A DNA stretch of 63,955 nucleotides, filler included, from Stramenopiles sp. TOSAG23-2 (taxonomy: Eukaryota): NCBI GenBank assembly GCA_900128395.1. It is 3 parts of 3 records of this genome, joined end to end, with 100 filler letters (N's around TTAATTAATTAA, not from the genome) between each part and the next. Parts side by side here need not be neighbours in the genome. Positions count along the whole stretch, not along the records: positions 42,930 to 63,955 come from LT649544.1; 2 more parts are not named here. One strand, 5' to 3'. Each line of letters starts with the position of its first letter. Positions within the stretch are counted from its first letter, which is position 1. The notes below the pieces were generated by a model. The model did not search any database. It saw nothing but the letters and a program-made list of their open reading frames with translations, and had not been told where the DNA came from. Made by a program: the position numbers and the translations under genes. Below are positions 54,488 through 63,955 of this stretch, in pieces.

Positions 54488-56800
54488 ATGTGTAGCATTT
54501 TTTTATGTTGTGGAGATGATTGGAATGCAAATTATACAACAACACAAGAAGATTTTGAAAAACAACAATTATCCGAACAATTAAAAAAAGCAACAATACA
54601 ATTACGAGAAAATACTCGTACAACACTACATATTGGAAGAGAAAATTGGAATAAATTAACGCTGGCATTTCCAGACAAAGTGATTGAAGATGCATATATG
54701 ATGTATTTTAATATTGTACGTAAAGAAGCTACTAGAAGCTCAATATTAATGGTTAGCTTTAGTTATATACTTTTTCAAATTTTTTCATGGCAAGCTTCAT
54801 CAATATATGATTTAATGCTACGTGGAGGATATGTAATATTATTACTTTCCATGTTTGCCTCGTCTTTTTCAGATACGTATGCAAGGAATGTCCAAATGTA
54901 TTCGTTAATAGTGGCATCTTTTACATTCATCGAAGCATTGGCTGAAGCAACTATATTATCACATTTAATTAGTCCATATACAATTATTATTATTGTTCTT
55001 TTGTTATTAATGTGGACCGTATTTGTACGATTTCGATTTATTTACTGTACGTACATATAGTTGAAACATACACATACATATGCACACACACACACACACA
55101 CACAAATATATATCTTCCGAAAGTTACATTACAACAAAAATACTAACAAAAATTTTCATATATAGGCCTAAGTTTATGTTTAATTGCAATTGTTCCATAC
55201 AATATTCTTTGTTTTGTATTATTAGGCGGTGGCCATATACATATTTATGTCGATGGAAAAGGTGGTTTAGTGACATTGTTGCTTTATTACAATGCAATTT
55301 TATTATTAGTAGCAATTAGTGTTTGTAAAATGGCACATCGATTTGAAACTTCTTCACGATACAATTTTTTATCTTATTGCTCGAAAATATATGAAAGTAG
55401 AGAAGCATGGAGTCCTTCCACTGATAGTCCAAATAGGCGTAAAACATATGAAACTGCAGAACATTTATTAGGTATTAAAACAATGGAAACAACAGTACCA
55501 AATAATAGATTGGATAATAATGAAGGTGAAGAAAAAACATCGCCATTATCTTCTACTATAAATGTAACTAATAATACGACTCCAACAAAGAATAATAATA
55601 ATAATAGTAGTAGTAGTAGTAGTAGTAATAGCCGTCAACGACGACAACAACAACGCAATCTTTCTTCACCATTATTACGTGCTAGAGTTGGATCGTATAC
55701 TACCTTTAGTTCAGAAGATGAAGAAGATGGCATGTATAATATTAGCAATGGACCAAGGACACCACGTAGCTCACATGATGGGGAAGAAGGTATTTCAGCG
55801 GCATGGGGTCGTATAAAATCAGCGCATAATCAACGTGGGTTTTCTGCTGGCCTTGGTTTGATTAGTAATACAGATCAAATATTACGACAAAGTAGTGTTG
55901 AAGCAAAAAATTATAGAGAATTTTTATATCGTGATTCAACATTAGATGATTTAACTAGCCCAAGAATTGTTACTGCAGATGATTTACCATATTGGCTGGC
56001 TCCATATCCATATATTCATTATGGTTATCGCGTATATTATACTTCAAATATGTGTTTTCGTAGTATTTTTCAATGGCATAATGAAACGATGAATATATGG
56101 ACGGAGATTTTTCCATGCATTTGTTTCATTGCATATAGTATTGATTACATGTTGAACGATGAATTGATTGTAAATGCACCTACAATGGATAAAGTCATTA
56201 TTGCCATTGGTTTATTTGGCGCATTGGTTTTAAGACCATTATTATCAGCTGGTGCTCATACCTATTCAATCATTAGTTCATATCACTATGTTTTGTGGTG
56301 GGGTATTGATTATTTTAGTATATGCATAGCAATTGTATGCAGTTCATTAGTTTATTCTCATTTTACATTTTATTGTCAGCCACAACAATATATATTTTAT
56401 GTTATCAGTACCGTAGGTTTGTTAATTTCAACTTTATTAGCTGTTGTATATGTAGCAAGTCCAGGTGTTCGTGTTGGTAGCTTTCTTTTATTGATTTTAT
56501 TGGCAAATGTAATGCCATTAACATGGCAAATTGTTATTCAATTTACAACGAAAGAGGAAGGATTGATTGTACCAGCTGGTTATTTAATTAAATGGGGTGT
56601 TGCTTTAGGTATTATGGGAGTAGGATTGATTATTAAATCAAGTATGATACCCGAAATTTGTTCAACACGTAATAAATTTGATTACATATTTAATTCTCAT
56701 AATTGGTGGCATGTATGCATTAATTGTGGTTTTATATTTATGTTTCCAGCAATTTCAACATATTTAGAATGGAGAAAAAATACCATTTGCCCTGCAAGTT

Positions 56801-56802
<2 letters not shown>
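54488..56802 (+). CDS. PAQR/AdipoR-family protein with an extra N-terminal multi-TM domain, 2 exons: 54488-55046 and 55166-56802
   Basis: PYIHYGYR, WHNETMNIWT, SAGAH, DYFSI, SHNWWH; an in-frame splice joins ORF 54353-55060 to ORF 55270-56802. Confidence 0.85.
55047..55165 (+). other. Spliceosomal intron (119 bp)
   Basis: GTACGT donor, TACTAAC branch point at 55141, TAG acceptor; gives the in-frame junction FIYC-LSLCL. Confidence 0.88.
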
Positions 56803-56831
<29 letters not shown>

Positions 56832-57024
56832 TAATACTATATTTTAAGATCACAAAAAGTGTTTTCAAAAATATATATATTATCTTGAGATATGATATCT
56901 CTCTCTATATAATACCACATCAAAATATACTACGAAGCGTAGATAAAAGCGTATAGATAATGTGATTACGTATGATACTTCGTATTTTTTACGAAGTACG
57001 AAGTTCGTACATATATTAAAAAAA

Positions 57025-57075
57025 TAGAGTAAAATTATTTATATATATAACACTTTAGATTTTAACCGCATCTTT
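57025..57075 (-). repeat. Convergent-spacer dispersed element fragment
   Basis: GAGTAAAATTATT..TATATAACACTTTAGATTTTAACCGCATCT, reverse match to 8083-8133. Confidence 0.7.
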
Positions 57076-57183
57076 TATTTTATAAAAAATATGCATATGT
57101 CATTACGCCGTACGTATAATTTGTTTTTTCATAAAAAAAATAATTTTCAATATTATCATATCATAGATCATCATTTAATTTAA

Positions 57184-58395
57184 TTAATAATTTATATATT
57201 TATACGCATCTTCCACACCATTTGAACGAAAACCCCATTTTCTAGCTGCACGTGGTAAATATTCAATAGCATCACCATGATATTTAGCAATTCCATTATA
57301 TATTCGATATGTTGTTAATTCACTTAATCCATATCTATTCGTGTTGTCTCGTGATCCAACAAACATATCTGAATTTGACGGGGCAATGACGAAAGGACAT
57401 GAGCATTTGGCAACCCTTTCGCCATCATGATAAAGACTTAATATTCCATTTGAGCGAACATATGCAACATGGTGATATTGATTATCGCATCTAGCATTAT
57501 ATTTTTTCACATCAATTTCTTCTACATCGTCCGGGTTATCCAAGATATTAAATAATTCACAACTATTATCAGCAACTACAAATGTAACATCAGAGTTCAC
57601 TTCGCCTTTTCCACGATGCCATGCACTTGCTAAATAGAAATCCATTCCTTTTTTGTCAGGTGAGAAAAAAGCATAATTCAATATCATAATATCTTCATTT
57701 TTAAATTCTTCATCAAATTTACACCACAATTCAATTGTAAAATCATACACACCAAAATCAAATTTTCGCATATCCCATTCTGTATGATGAATTAAAAATC
57801 CTCGATTATGTTTTCGTTCAAAATCAAATACACAATTCCATGGATGATGTTGTTGATGATTGATATTATTGTTTTTTTCATTATTATTATTATTATTGTT
57901 GTTTTTGGTATTATTATTATTATTATTATTATTGTTATCTTTGACATCTCTAACCTGCGGAAGAAATGTTCCAAGTCCTTGACAAGTTATTTCTTGTTTG
58001 GAAATTTTATCATGGAAACAGTGACGAGCTGGCGTGACAAGCAATGTGGTACCACGTTTTAGACATTGACAAAACGTTAAAAATAATTGTCGTGTTTTTG
58101 TAATAGAAGAACTGCACATTGCAGCTCCTTGTTCAGAAATATATTGTTCAACTTGACTGCCAAAATGCTTTTGCAATAATAATTTCCATAAATAAATATT
58201 TTCTGACAAAAACTTATACCAATCTTTACAGACTAAATTAAACATTGCTATATCATTAATGTGGCAAAAGAACGTTGTAAATATGTAATTTAAACAATTT
58301 TCATTCAATTTATGTGCTTGCGTTGGAAATATAATTCCTTGTATAAAAACATCTTTCTTTTGCCCGTTTTTAGTTGGAGATGATAGACTTGTCAT
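57184..58395 (-). CDS. F-box protein with a C-terminal LamG/concanavalin-A-like domain
   Basis: LNENCLNYIF...FNLVCKDWY...LWKLL (F-box); DFTIELW, YHHVAYVR, LSLYHDG, YRIYNG (LamG-like). Confidence 0.8.
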   Translation of the reverse strand: MTSLSSPTKNGQKKDVFIQGIIFPTQAHKLNENCLNYIFTTFFCHINDIAMFNLVCKDWYKFLSENIYLWKLLLQKHFGSQVEQYISEQGAAMCSSSITKTRQLFLTFCQCLKRGTTLLVTPARHCFHDKISKQEITCQGLGTFLPQVRDVKDNNNNNNNNNTKNNNNNNNNEKNNNINHQQHHPWNCVFDFERKHNRGFLIHHTEWDMRKFDFGVYDFTIELWCKFDEEFKNEDIMILNYAFFSPDKKGMDFYLASAWHRGKGEVNSDVTFVVADNSCELFNILDNPDDVEEIDVKKYNARCDNQYHHVAYVRSNGILSLYHDGERVAKCSCPFVIAPSNSDMFVGSRDNTNRYGLSELTTYRIYNGIAKYHGDAIEYLPRAARKWGFRSNGVEDAYKYINY

Positions 58396-58723
58396 CTTAA
58401 TATATATATTTAATATTATTTACTTGGTTGTCGATAACGATAAGTATATATGAAAATCACAGGTAATTTTCATCCACGATAGTTTGAATCTATTTTGGTT
58501 ATATTATCCGATATTGCAATGCATATATATATATATATATAGATAGATAATATGTTTATGTTCAAAATGAATATATTGAATATATATATGTATTCTTCAT
58601 TTTATTTTATGCTAATAATTATTATTGTGGTGCATTTCAATAATTATTATTATTATGATGAAAAAAGAGGGAGGAGGTTCGCTGGTTCGTGCGTTCTCGA
58701 GGCCCTCTAAACCGTGAGAAAAC

Positions 58724-58970
58724 TGTACACTTAACACTATTCACTATAGGGGAAATATTCATCATTTTTTCTATATTTTCGGATATTTACTATTTTTCCA
58801 AATATATTGAAAATAAAATTGGTATTTTAGAAAACGATATATAAATGTACACTTAACACTATTCACTATAGGGGAAATATTCATCATTTTTTCTATATGT
58901 TCGGATATTTACTATTTTTCCAAATATATTGAAAATAAAATTGGTATTTTAGAAAACGATATATAAATGT
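58724..58970. repeat. Tandem duplication, 2 x 122 bp
   Basis: TGTACACTTAACACTATTCACTATAGGGGAAA... starts at 58724 and 58846, nearly identical. Confidence 0.95.
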
Positions 58971-59253
58971 TTGGACCCACCAACAACAACAACCTAAAAA
59001 ATGATGTGTTTACTAAATACAAAATAATACTTTTACACATTTACATATAAAACGATTAATTAGACCTGATGTACATTTCGTAAAACTATTTTTTACTACA
59101 CGAACATACGAAAACGTAATATATACTTCGTATTATAATTAATTAATTGAAATGGTATATTATACGTGCCGTATATATATATATCATACCATGTCAGACA
59201 CACTCCCTCCTATTATATTTTTGTTTTATCTCCAAACAACAAATTGTGTTTTT

Positions 59254-62200
59254 TTATTTCGCCCTTCTTTTATTTTTTCTTCCTCCCACATCATTAGGAT
59301 CTTCTTTAAGATTATTACTCTTTTTTTTACGTTTTCCATTATTTTTTTTTGGACTATTTAGTACATCATTTAAAACAGCTTTTGTCCTATCATTATTATT
59401 ATTATCATTGTCACTGTTCATCATCATCATACCTCCATCAACGTCATGTTTCACGAACGAAGTATTATTATCCACTATCATTTCCTTTTCCTCTTCTCTA
59501 TCAACGTTTTCAAATACTTCAATATTTGGCAATGTTAAATGTTCATCCAATTTGAAATTCTCATAAATTCTTTCATAATTACCCCAAGCTGCTAGAATTT
59601 CAGTTTTTTCATCAGGATAAATATCATTACGCATCGAGCTGCCTTTGATATTGTCAAAAAACGGTTCCACTTCTTGAACATATTCAGCACAAGCAATGTT
59701 GATATTAATATCATCCCTTCGTTCATAAACATCAAAGATTTTACCTATTAATTTGATTAATTTAGCAAATCGTGTTGTTAATGGTAAACTAAGGACTTTT
59801 CTTGCACGTGTTAGTGCAACATACCACATATTAACATATTGTTGTGAACTTTTACCACTTGTTGTAAATGTACCAAAACCCGCCCTTTTCCAATCAATTG
59901 GTATTTGACTAGCTCTAACAAATCCATCAGCAGGACGATTTCCTTCAATATCAGAAATAGAGAAACTGATTGAGCTATTAAGATCATCTGCAATTTGTAC
60001 ATAATTCCATTCCAAACCTTTTGACAAATGAATTGTAGAAAACAATACTTCCGCATCGTCTTTTGAATAGTTTTTGTCAACAACATTCAATACAAAATTA
60101 TTTACATATCGTTCTAAATCACTGCCTTCATATTTGTGTTCGACCTCATCATTATTATCGCCATCATCATCATAATATACCTCAACTCCATCCATTTGAT
60201 TCTCATGTTTTTTCTTGCGTGCAAATTGATCAATCAACTGAATATAAACCATATTATCTGAAGCTCCATCACGTATTTCATTGACCACAACTTCCCAAGA
60301 CAAATCTTTCCTTCCTTTCCATTTTTCAAAAGGCAATACTTTCGATTTACCAATGTAAAGATTATAAAATGGTTTTATTTTACGTGCTAAACCAACAAAC
60401 TTCTTTCGGCCAGCATCAGCAATGCCAATTTTAACAGTTGAATCTACAACTAACAATTCAACTGCTAATCGCATGATAGTAGCATTTTTATAACATAGAA
60501 CAGTTAGACATTCTTGATTTGGCAAACGTGCAAATGCACCATTTTCCGTACGTCGTTTTAGAAAATCACAATTGGTAACAACCCCATTGCCTTGATTTTC
60601 ATTTCCAATCACATTATAATATTTAAACGTATCTTTTTGTTTACTTAATTTCTTTGTTAAAAGCAAAACATTTGCAACTGCTGCAATATTTGGACCAAAA
60701 CGAAAAGATTGCGTCAATGTTAAACAAGTAAGGGTCTTATTTTTGTAAATAGGAGGCAAAAGGCGATTTAATGTTGCTTGAAGATGAACCATGTTTGTTT
60801 GATTGGAACCTCTAAATTGATAAATGGTTTGTACAGCATCTCCTACGAAAAAAACTTGCATTTTTTTTGCTTGCATTGCACACCATATAAATTGTGATCG
60901 ATTTAAATCTTGTGCTTCATCCACTAATAATGCTGTCGCATCCATTTCATGCTCTCCTAATTGTACTAATTTTTGTATAGTTGAATACATATAAAATTCA
61001 CGATTACATATGGCTTTCCATAACAATTTCATATGTTTTAAAAAAAATTGTTTCGCTGCAAACAATGTAGGTAAAGTAGATGGGCATAAGAGTCGTCTTT
61101 GCTTTTGCTCTTCTTTTTGTTTATTCCGACCTCCACCACCAAACCACAACATTGTTGGATACCATAAGTTGTATCCAAATTTATCAGCATTAAACAAACC
61201 AAAATAATTGTTTTTACATAATTGTGGTTTTTTATTACCATTGCTCTTACTCTTATTTGTTTTATTCAATTCATTTTGTTTATTATTATATATACAACAT
61301 TCACACCAAGAATGCTTTTCGATGGATTCAATACAACATTTATCTAACTTATCTGACTGTAAAAAGTTTATAAATGTTTTCCATAAGGATAAAGCGATAA
61401 ATTCTTTACAACGTTCAACATCAAGCTTTATATCACTCAAATCACCTGATTCTGTCTCGGCGTTATTATTATTATTATTATTGTTACCATCACTATTGGT
61501 TGCAATTCGTGAATTATTATTGTTTCCAAATAGAAATTCATCAATGGAATTACCATAATTTTTCAAAATGTATTTATGAACAAAAGAATCATCCTTTGGT
61601 GATGTATCATGATTTTTTTCATCATCTTCACCAAGTAAAGAATAACGTGCTTGTGAATCTATTGTACAACTTTTCACCATTGCGTTATAATCATTTACTA
61701 ATGGTGCTAACTTTTCCGTCGCTTCTTCAGCATTTTTCTTGTTAAATACTAGATAAATAATTTTTTCATGCCCTTTATCTAATAGTCTTCGTATGGTATT
61801 TGTTATTGTAAAAGTTTTGCCAGATCCAGCGGCAGCCATTACACACACAACACGTTGTGATTCAATTTTATCTACTATCGGTTGTTGTGACGACGAGGAG
61901 GAGGAGGATGGTGATACGCCGATATTTTTTACAGCTGGTAATGGTGAAGTTGCTAATTTAATAATTTGTCGCTGTTCAACAGTACATTGTTGTAATATTT
62001 TTGCAAATTCTTTTTTTCGTTTAATAGCTGATGCGGTGAATGTTCTTTTTTTATTTGTTGTTGTGGTGGTGGTGGTGGTAGTAGTAGTAGTAGTACTTGT
62101 TGTAACTCGGTTGTTGTTTTTACTAACAGGCGTTTTATTATAATGACGAGTATTTGTTGCGGAAGTTGCACCATTTACATTATTATTATTATTTCCATGG

Positions 62201-62355
62201 TTTGTTGATATATAATAATCTAATAAACGTTTTTGTAATATACTTTTTTTCCCACTTACTTTTAGTTTCAATTGCCTTAGTTCTTGTTTTAATTCTTTGA
62301 CTTTTAATTTCTCAATACGTTTGTGATGAAATTCCGTAGCCATGATTCCGCTCAT
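59254..62355 (-). CDS. SAP-domain + UvrD-like SF1 DNA helicase (FBH1-like)
   Basis: SAP: LKVKELKQELRQLKLKVSGKKSILQKRL. Helicase: AAAGSGKT, YLVFNK, LVDEAQD, VGDAVQTIYQFRG, LTQSFRFG, STIHLSKGLEW, YVALTRAR. Confidence 0.9.
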   Translation of the reverse strand: MSGIMATEFHHKRIEKLKVKELKQELRQLKLKVSGKKSILQKRLLDYYISTNHGNNNNNVNGATSATNTRHYNKTPVSKNNNRVTTSTTTTTTTTTTTTTNKKRTFTASAIKRKKEFAKILQQCTVEQRQIIKLATSPLPAVKNIGVSPSSSSSSSQQPIVDKIESQRVVCVMAAAGSGKTFTITNTIRRLLDKGHEKIIYLVFNKKNAEEATEKLAPLVNDYNAMVKSCTIDSQARYSLLGEDDEKNHDTSPKDDSFVHKYILKNYGNSIDEFLFGNNNNSRIATNSDGNNNNNNNNAETESGDLSDIKLDVERCKEFIALSLWKTFINFLQSDKLDKCCIESIEKHSWCECCIYNNKQNELNKTNKSKSNGNKKPQLCKNNYFGLFNADKFGYNLWYPTMLWFGGGGRNKQKEEQKQRRLLCPSTLPTLFAAKQFFLKHMKLLWKAICNREFYMYSTIQKLVQLGEHEMDATALLVDEAQDLNRSQFIWCAMQAKKMQVFFVGDAVQTIYQFRGSNQTNMVHLQATLNRLLPPIYKNKTLTCLTLTQSFRFGPNIAAVANVLLLTKKLSKQKDTFKYYNVIGNENQGNGVVTNCDFLKRRTENGAFARLPNQECLTVLCYKNATIMRLAVELLVVDSTVKIGIADAGRKKFVGLARKIKPFYNLYIGKSKVLPFEKWKGRKDLSWEVVVNEIRDGASDNMVYIQLIDQFARKKKHENQMDGVEVYYDDDGDNNDEVEHKYEGSDLERYVNNFVLNVVDKNYSKDDAEVLFSTIHLSKGLEWNYVQIADDLNSSISFSISDIEGNRPADGFVRASQIPIDWKRAGFGTFTTSGKSSQQYVNMWYVALTRARKVLSLPLTTRFAKLIKLIGKIFDVYERRDDININIACAEYVQEVEPFFDNIKGSSMRNDIYPDEKTEILAAWGNYERIYENFKLDEHLTLPNIEVFENVDREEEKEMIVDNNTSFVKHDVDGGMMMMNSDNDNNNNDRTKAVLNDVLNSPKKNNGKRKKKSNNLKEDPNDVGGRKNKRRAK

Positions 62356-62856
62356 TTTCTTTTTTTTTAAATAAAATATATGTATATATGTAAAGTGGAA
62401 AATAGTATACTAGGAACATATATATATATACTATATATCAAATACACATGATTTACAACAAGAAACATATATACACATCTGTTGTTTCTTCTATTTTTTC
62501 AAAATTTTTTTAATTATGTATTTTTCCAAAATAATTTTTTGAACATGATTTTCGATAATTTGTCTATCAATTTATACCAAAATTGTATACTATGATGATT
62601 ATTTATCATTAATGATAGAATTAGGTTTAAATTACCGTAACAAGATAGAAAATAAAATTTATAATGGATAATAAAATATTGCGAGTTAGAGTTGTCAAGA
62701 TGTGCTTGTGCAGATGTCCATAATTTCAATAATATGCAATGCTTTTGATGGATCATCTTTTTTATGATTGGCTACTTACATAATATTAGCACTACTGTAG
62801 CAATGCTCTTGTGTGGGCAAGCCTGGCATGCGCATGATAAACTAAATAGAATACGA

Positions 62857-63180
62857 TTAGCATTGTGCTGGCCCAGCTGGCCAAGCCCAGCCAGCTAGCT
62901 TTAAGGAGTTTCATTTGCGTTCTCTAAAATTGTTACAATTCTGATTAATAGAGATCAAAAAAGCATAGCAACACCATTGAAAATCTTTTTTTTTTTTGTT
63001 CTGGCGTATATTTTTATTTTAGCATTGTGCTGGCCCAGCTGGCCAAGCCCAGCCAGCTAGCTTTAAGGAGTTTCATTTGCGTTCTCTAAAATTGTTACAA
63101 TTCAGAGTAATAGAGATCAAAAAAGCATAGCAACACCATTGAAAATCTTTTTTTTTTTTGTTCTGACGTATATTTTTATT
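62857..63180. repeat. Tandem duplication, 2 x 162 bp
   Basis: TTAGCATTGTGCTGGCCCAGCTGGCCAAGCCCAGCC... starts at 62857 and 63019. Confidence 0.95.
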
Positions 63181-63955
63181 CGTGGCGTGTCATACAATAT
63201 AACTTACATACCAAAGTCTTGCGGTAAATTAAGTAACTTTTTCATGCGCGCTGGTAGTAGCAGAGGAAATACGAGCCAATCCTTTCAATGGCCTAAGGAT
63301 TGGTCATCGAGTCAAAAATTGGCGCATCTTGAAATATCTGTGAAGTCAAAAAAAATTCGTTTTGATACCATACCTGCATTTACAAATGCTTCTAGAATAA
63401 GACAAATTGCTTTAAATTATATGCCAATTGAAAGCAAGTTACCGAATTGGCTATTTGATGCCCGATTAAAAGATTTGCGTGAGATTCAATTCAGCTGCAA
63501 CAAGTTTTATGGAAACTTTTCAGATTTAAAGTTTTCAAATATGTCACCGCTGGTCATATTACAACTGCATAATAATTCACTTGGTGGTCCTATTCCTAAA
63601 CACGTTTTTGATATGCCATGTTTGAGAGTTATTCGCCTAGATGGTAACAAGTTTCATGGCGGACTGCCAAATATTTCGGAAGAACGAATGAAAAAAATCA
63701 GATTCATTAACGTAGAGAGAAATGATGGCTTGAAGGAAATCCAATCTGTTAACTCGTCATTTTTAAAGATCCAAGGAGTATTTCAATTTAGCAAAAAAAC
63801 AGAAAAAAATAAAGTGAAAGTTACATTGCTTAATCTTACCAAATATTGCATACATACAATGAAAGATCAAAATGTCTCAACTAATAGGTATGGCAGTACT
63901 ATAGATACCAAAAAATTTGAACTAATTCAAGTATATCGATGCGGTCAAATGAATT
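63181..63955 (+). CDS. Plant-type leucine-rich repeat protein (partial; not in the ORF track)
   Basis: Open frame (ATG at 63244) running off the window: LREIQFSCNKFYGNF, LVILQLHNNSLGGPIP, LRVIRLDGNKFHGGLP. Confidence 0.8.

Noticed and set aside
58731-58753. TCACTATAGGGGAA resembling a T7 promoter or vector sequence
   Set aside because: The upstream TAATACGAC is missing and the context is a native AT-rich tandem duplication; chance match.

Overview
AT-rich, gene-dense eukaryotic (protist) nuclear DNA, probably from a heterotrophic stramenopile-like organism (inferred from protein families and poly-Asn tracts). It is not one contiguous locus: three ~21-kb contigs are joined by artificial 100-bp linkers (N44-TTAATTAATTAA-N44) at 21384-21483 and 42830-42929. 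There are about 28 mostly intron-poor genes, almost all alternating in strand. They include two Nu-class (YghU-like) GSTs, MFS transporters, an HxGH nucleotidyltransferase, a ZDHHC23-like DHFC protein, an arylsulfatase, a stand-alone Chs5-N-like protein, E2F, a GH3-domain protein, PIG-V, an ABP34-like EF-hand protein, a CAMK kinase, a Rab escort protein, a PA-RING protein, organellar IF2, glutamate-cysteine ligase, sortilin, a BART protein, a PAQR fusion, an F-box/LamG protein, a SAP-FBH1-like helicase and an LRR protein. A 9.2-kb fold-back (12220-21383) is most likely a whole-genome-amplification chimera, and a decayed LINE-type RT lies at ~30410-31024. The most interesting signals are: (1) a degenerate dispersed element found in nine tail-to-tail gene spacers and in no head-to-head spacer; (2) distinct short motifs at 5' ends (AATGCTA, GATTTCCAG arrays) versus 3' ends (TACGAA/TTCGTA); (3) unusual protein architectures, namely a cyclase-type membrane anchor fused to a PAQR, a free Chs5-N domain, and a PA-RING without a transmembrane helix. 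No rRNA, tRNA or CRISPR was recognised. All homology calls are from motif recognition by eye, not database searches.
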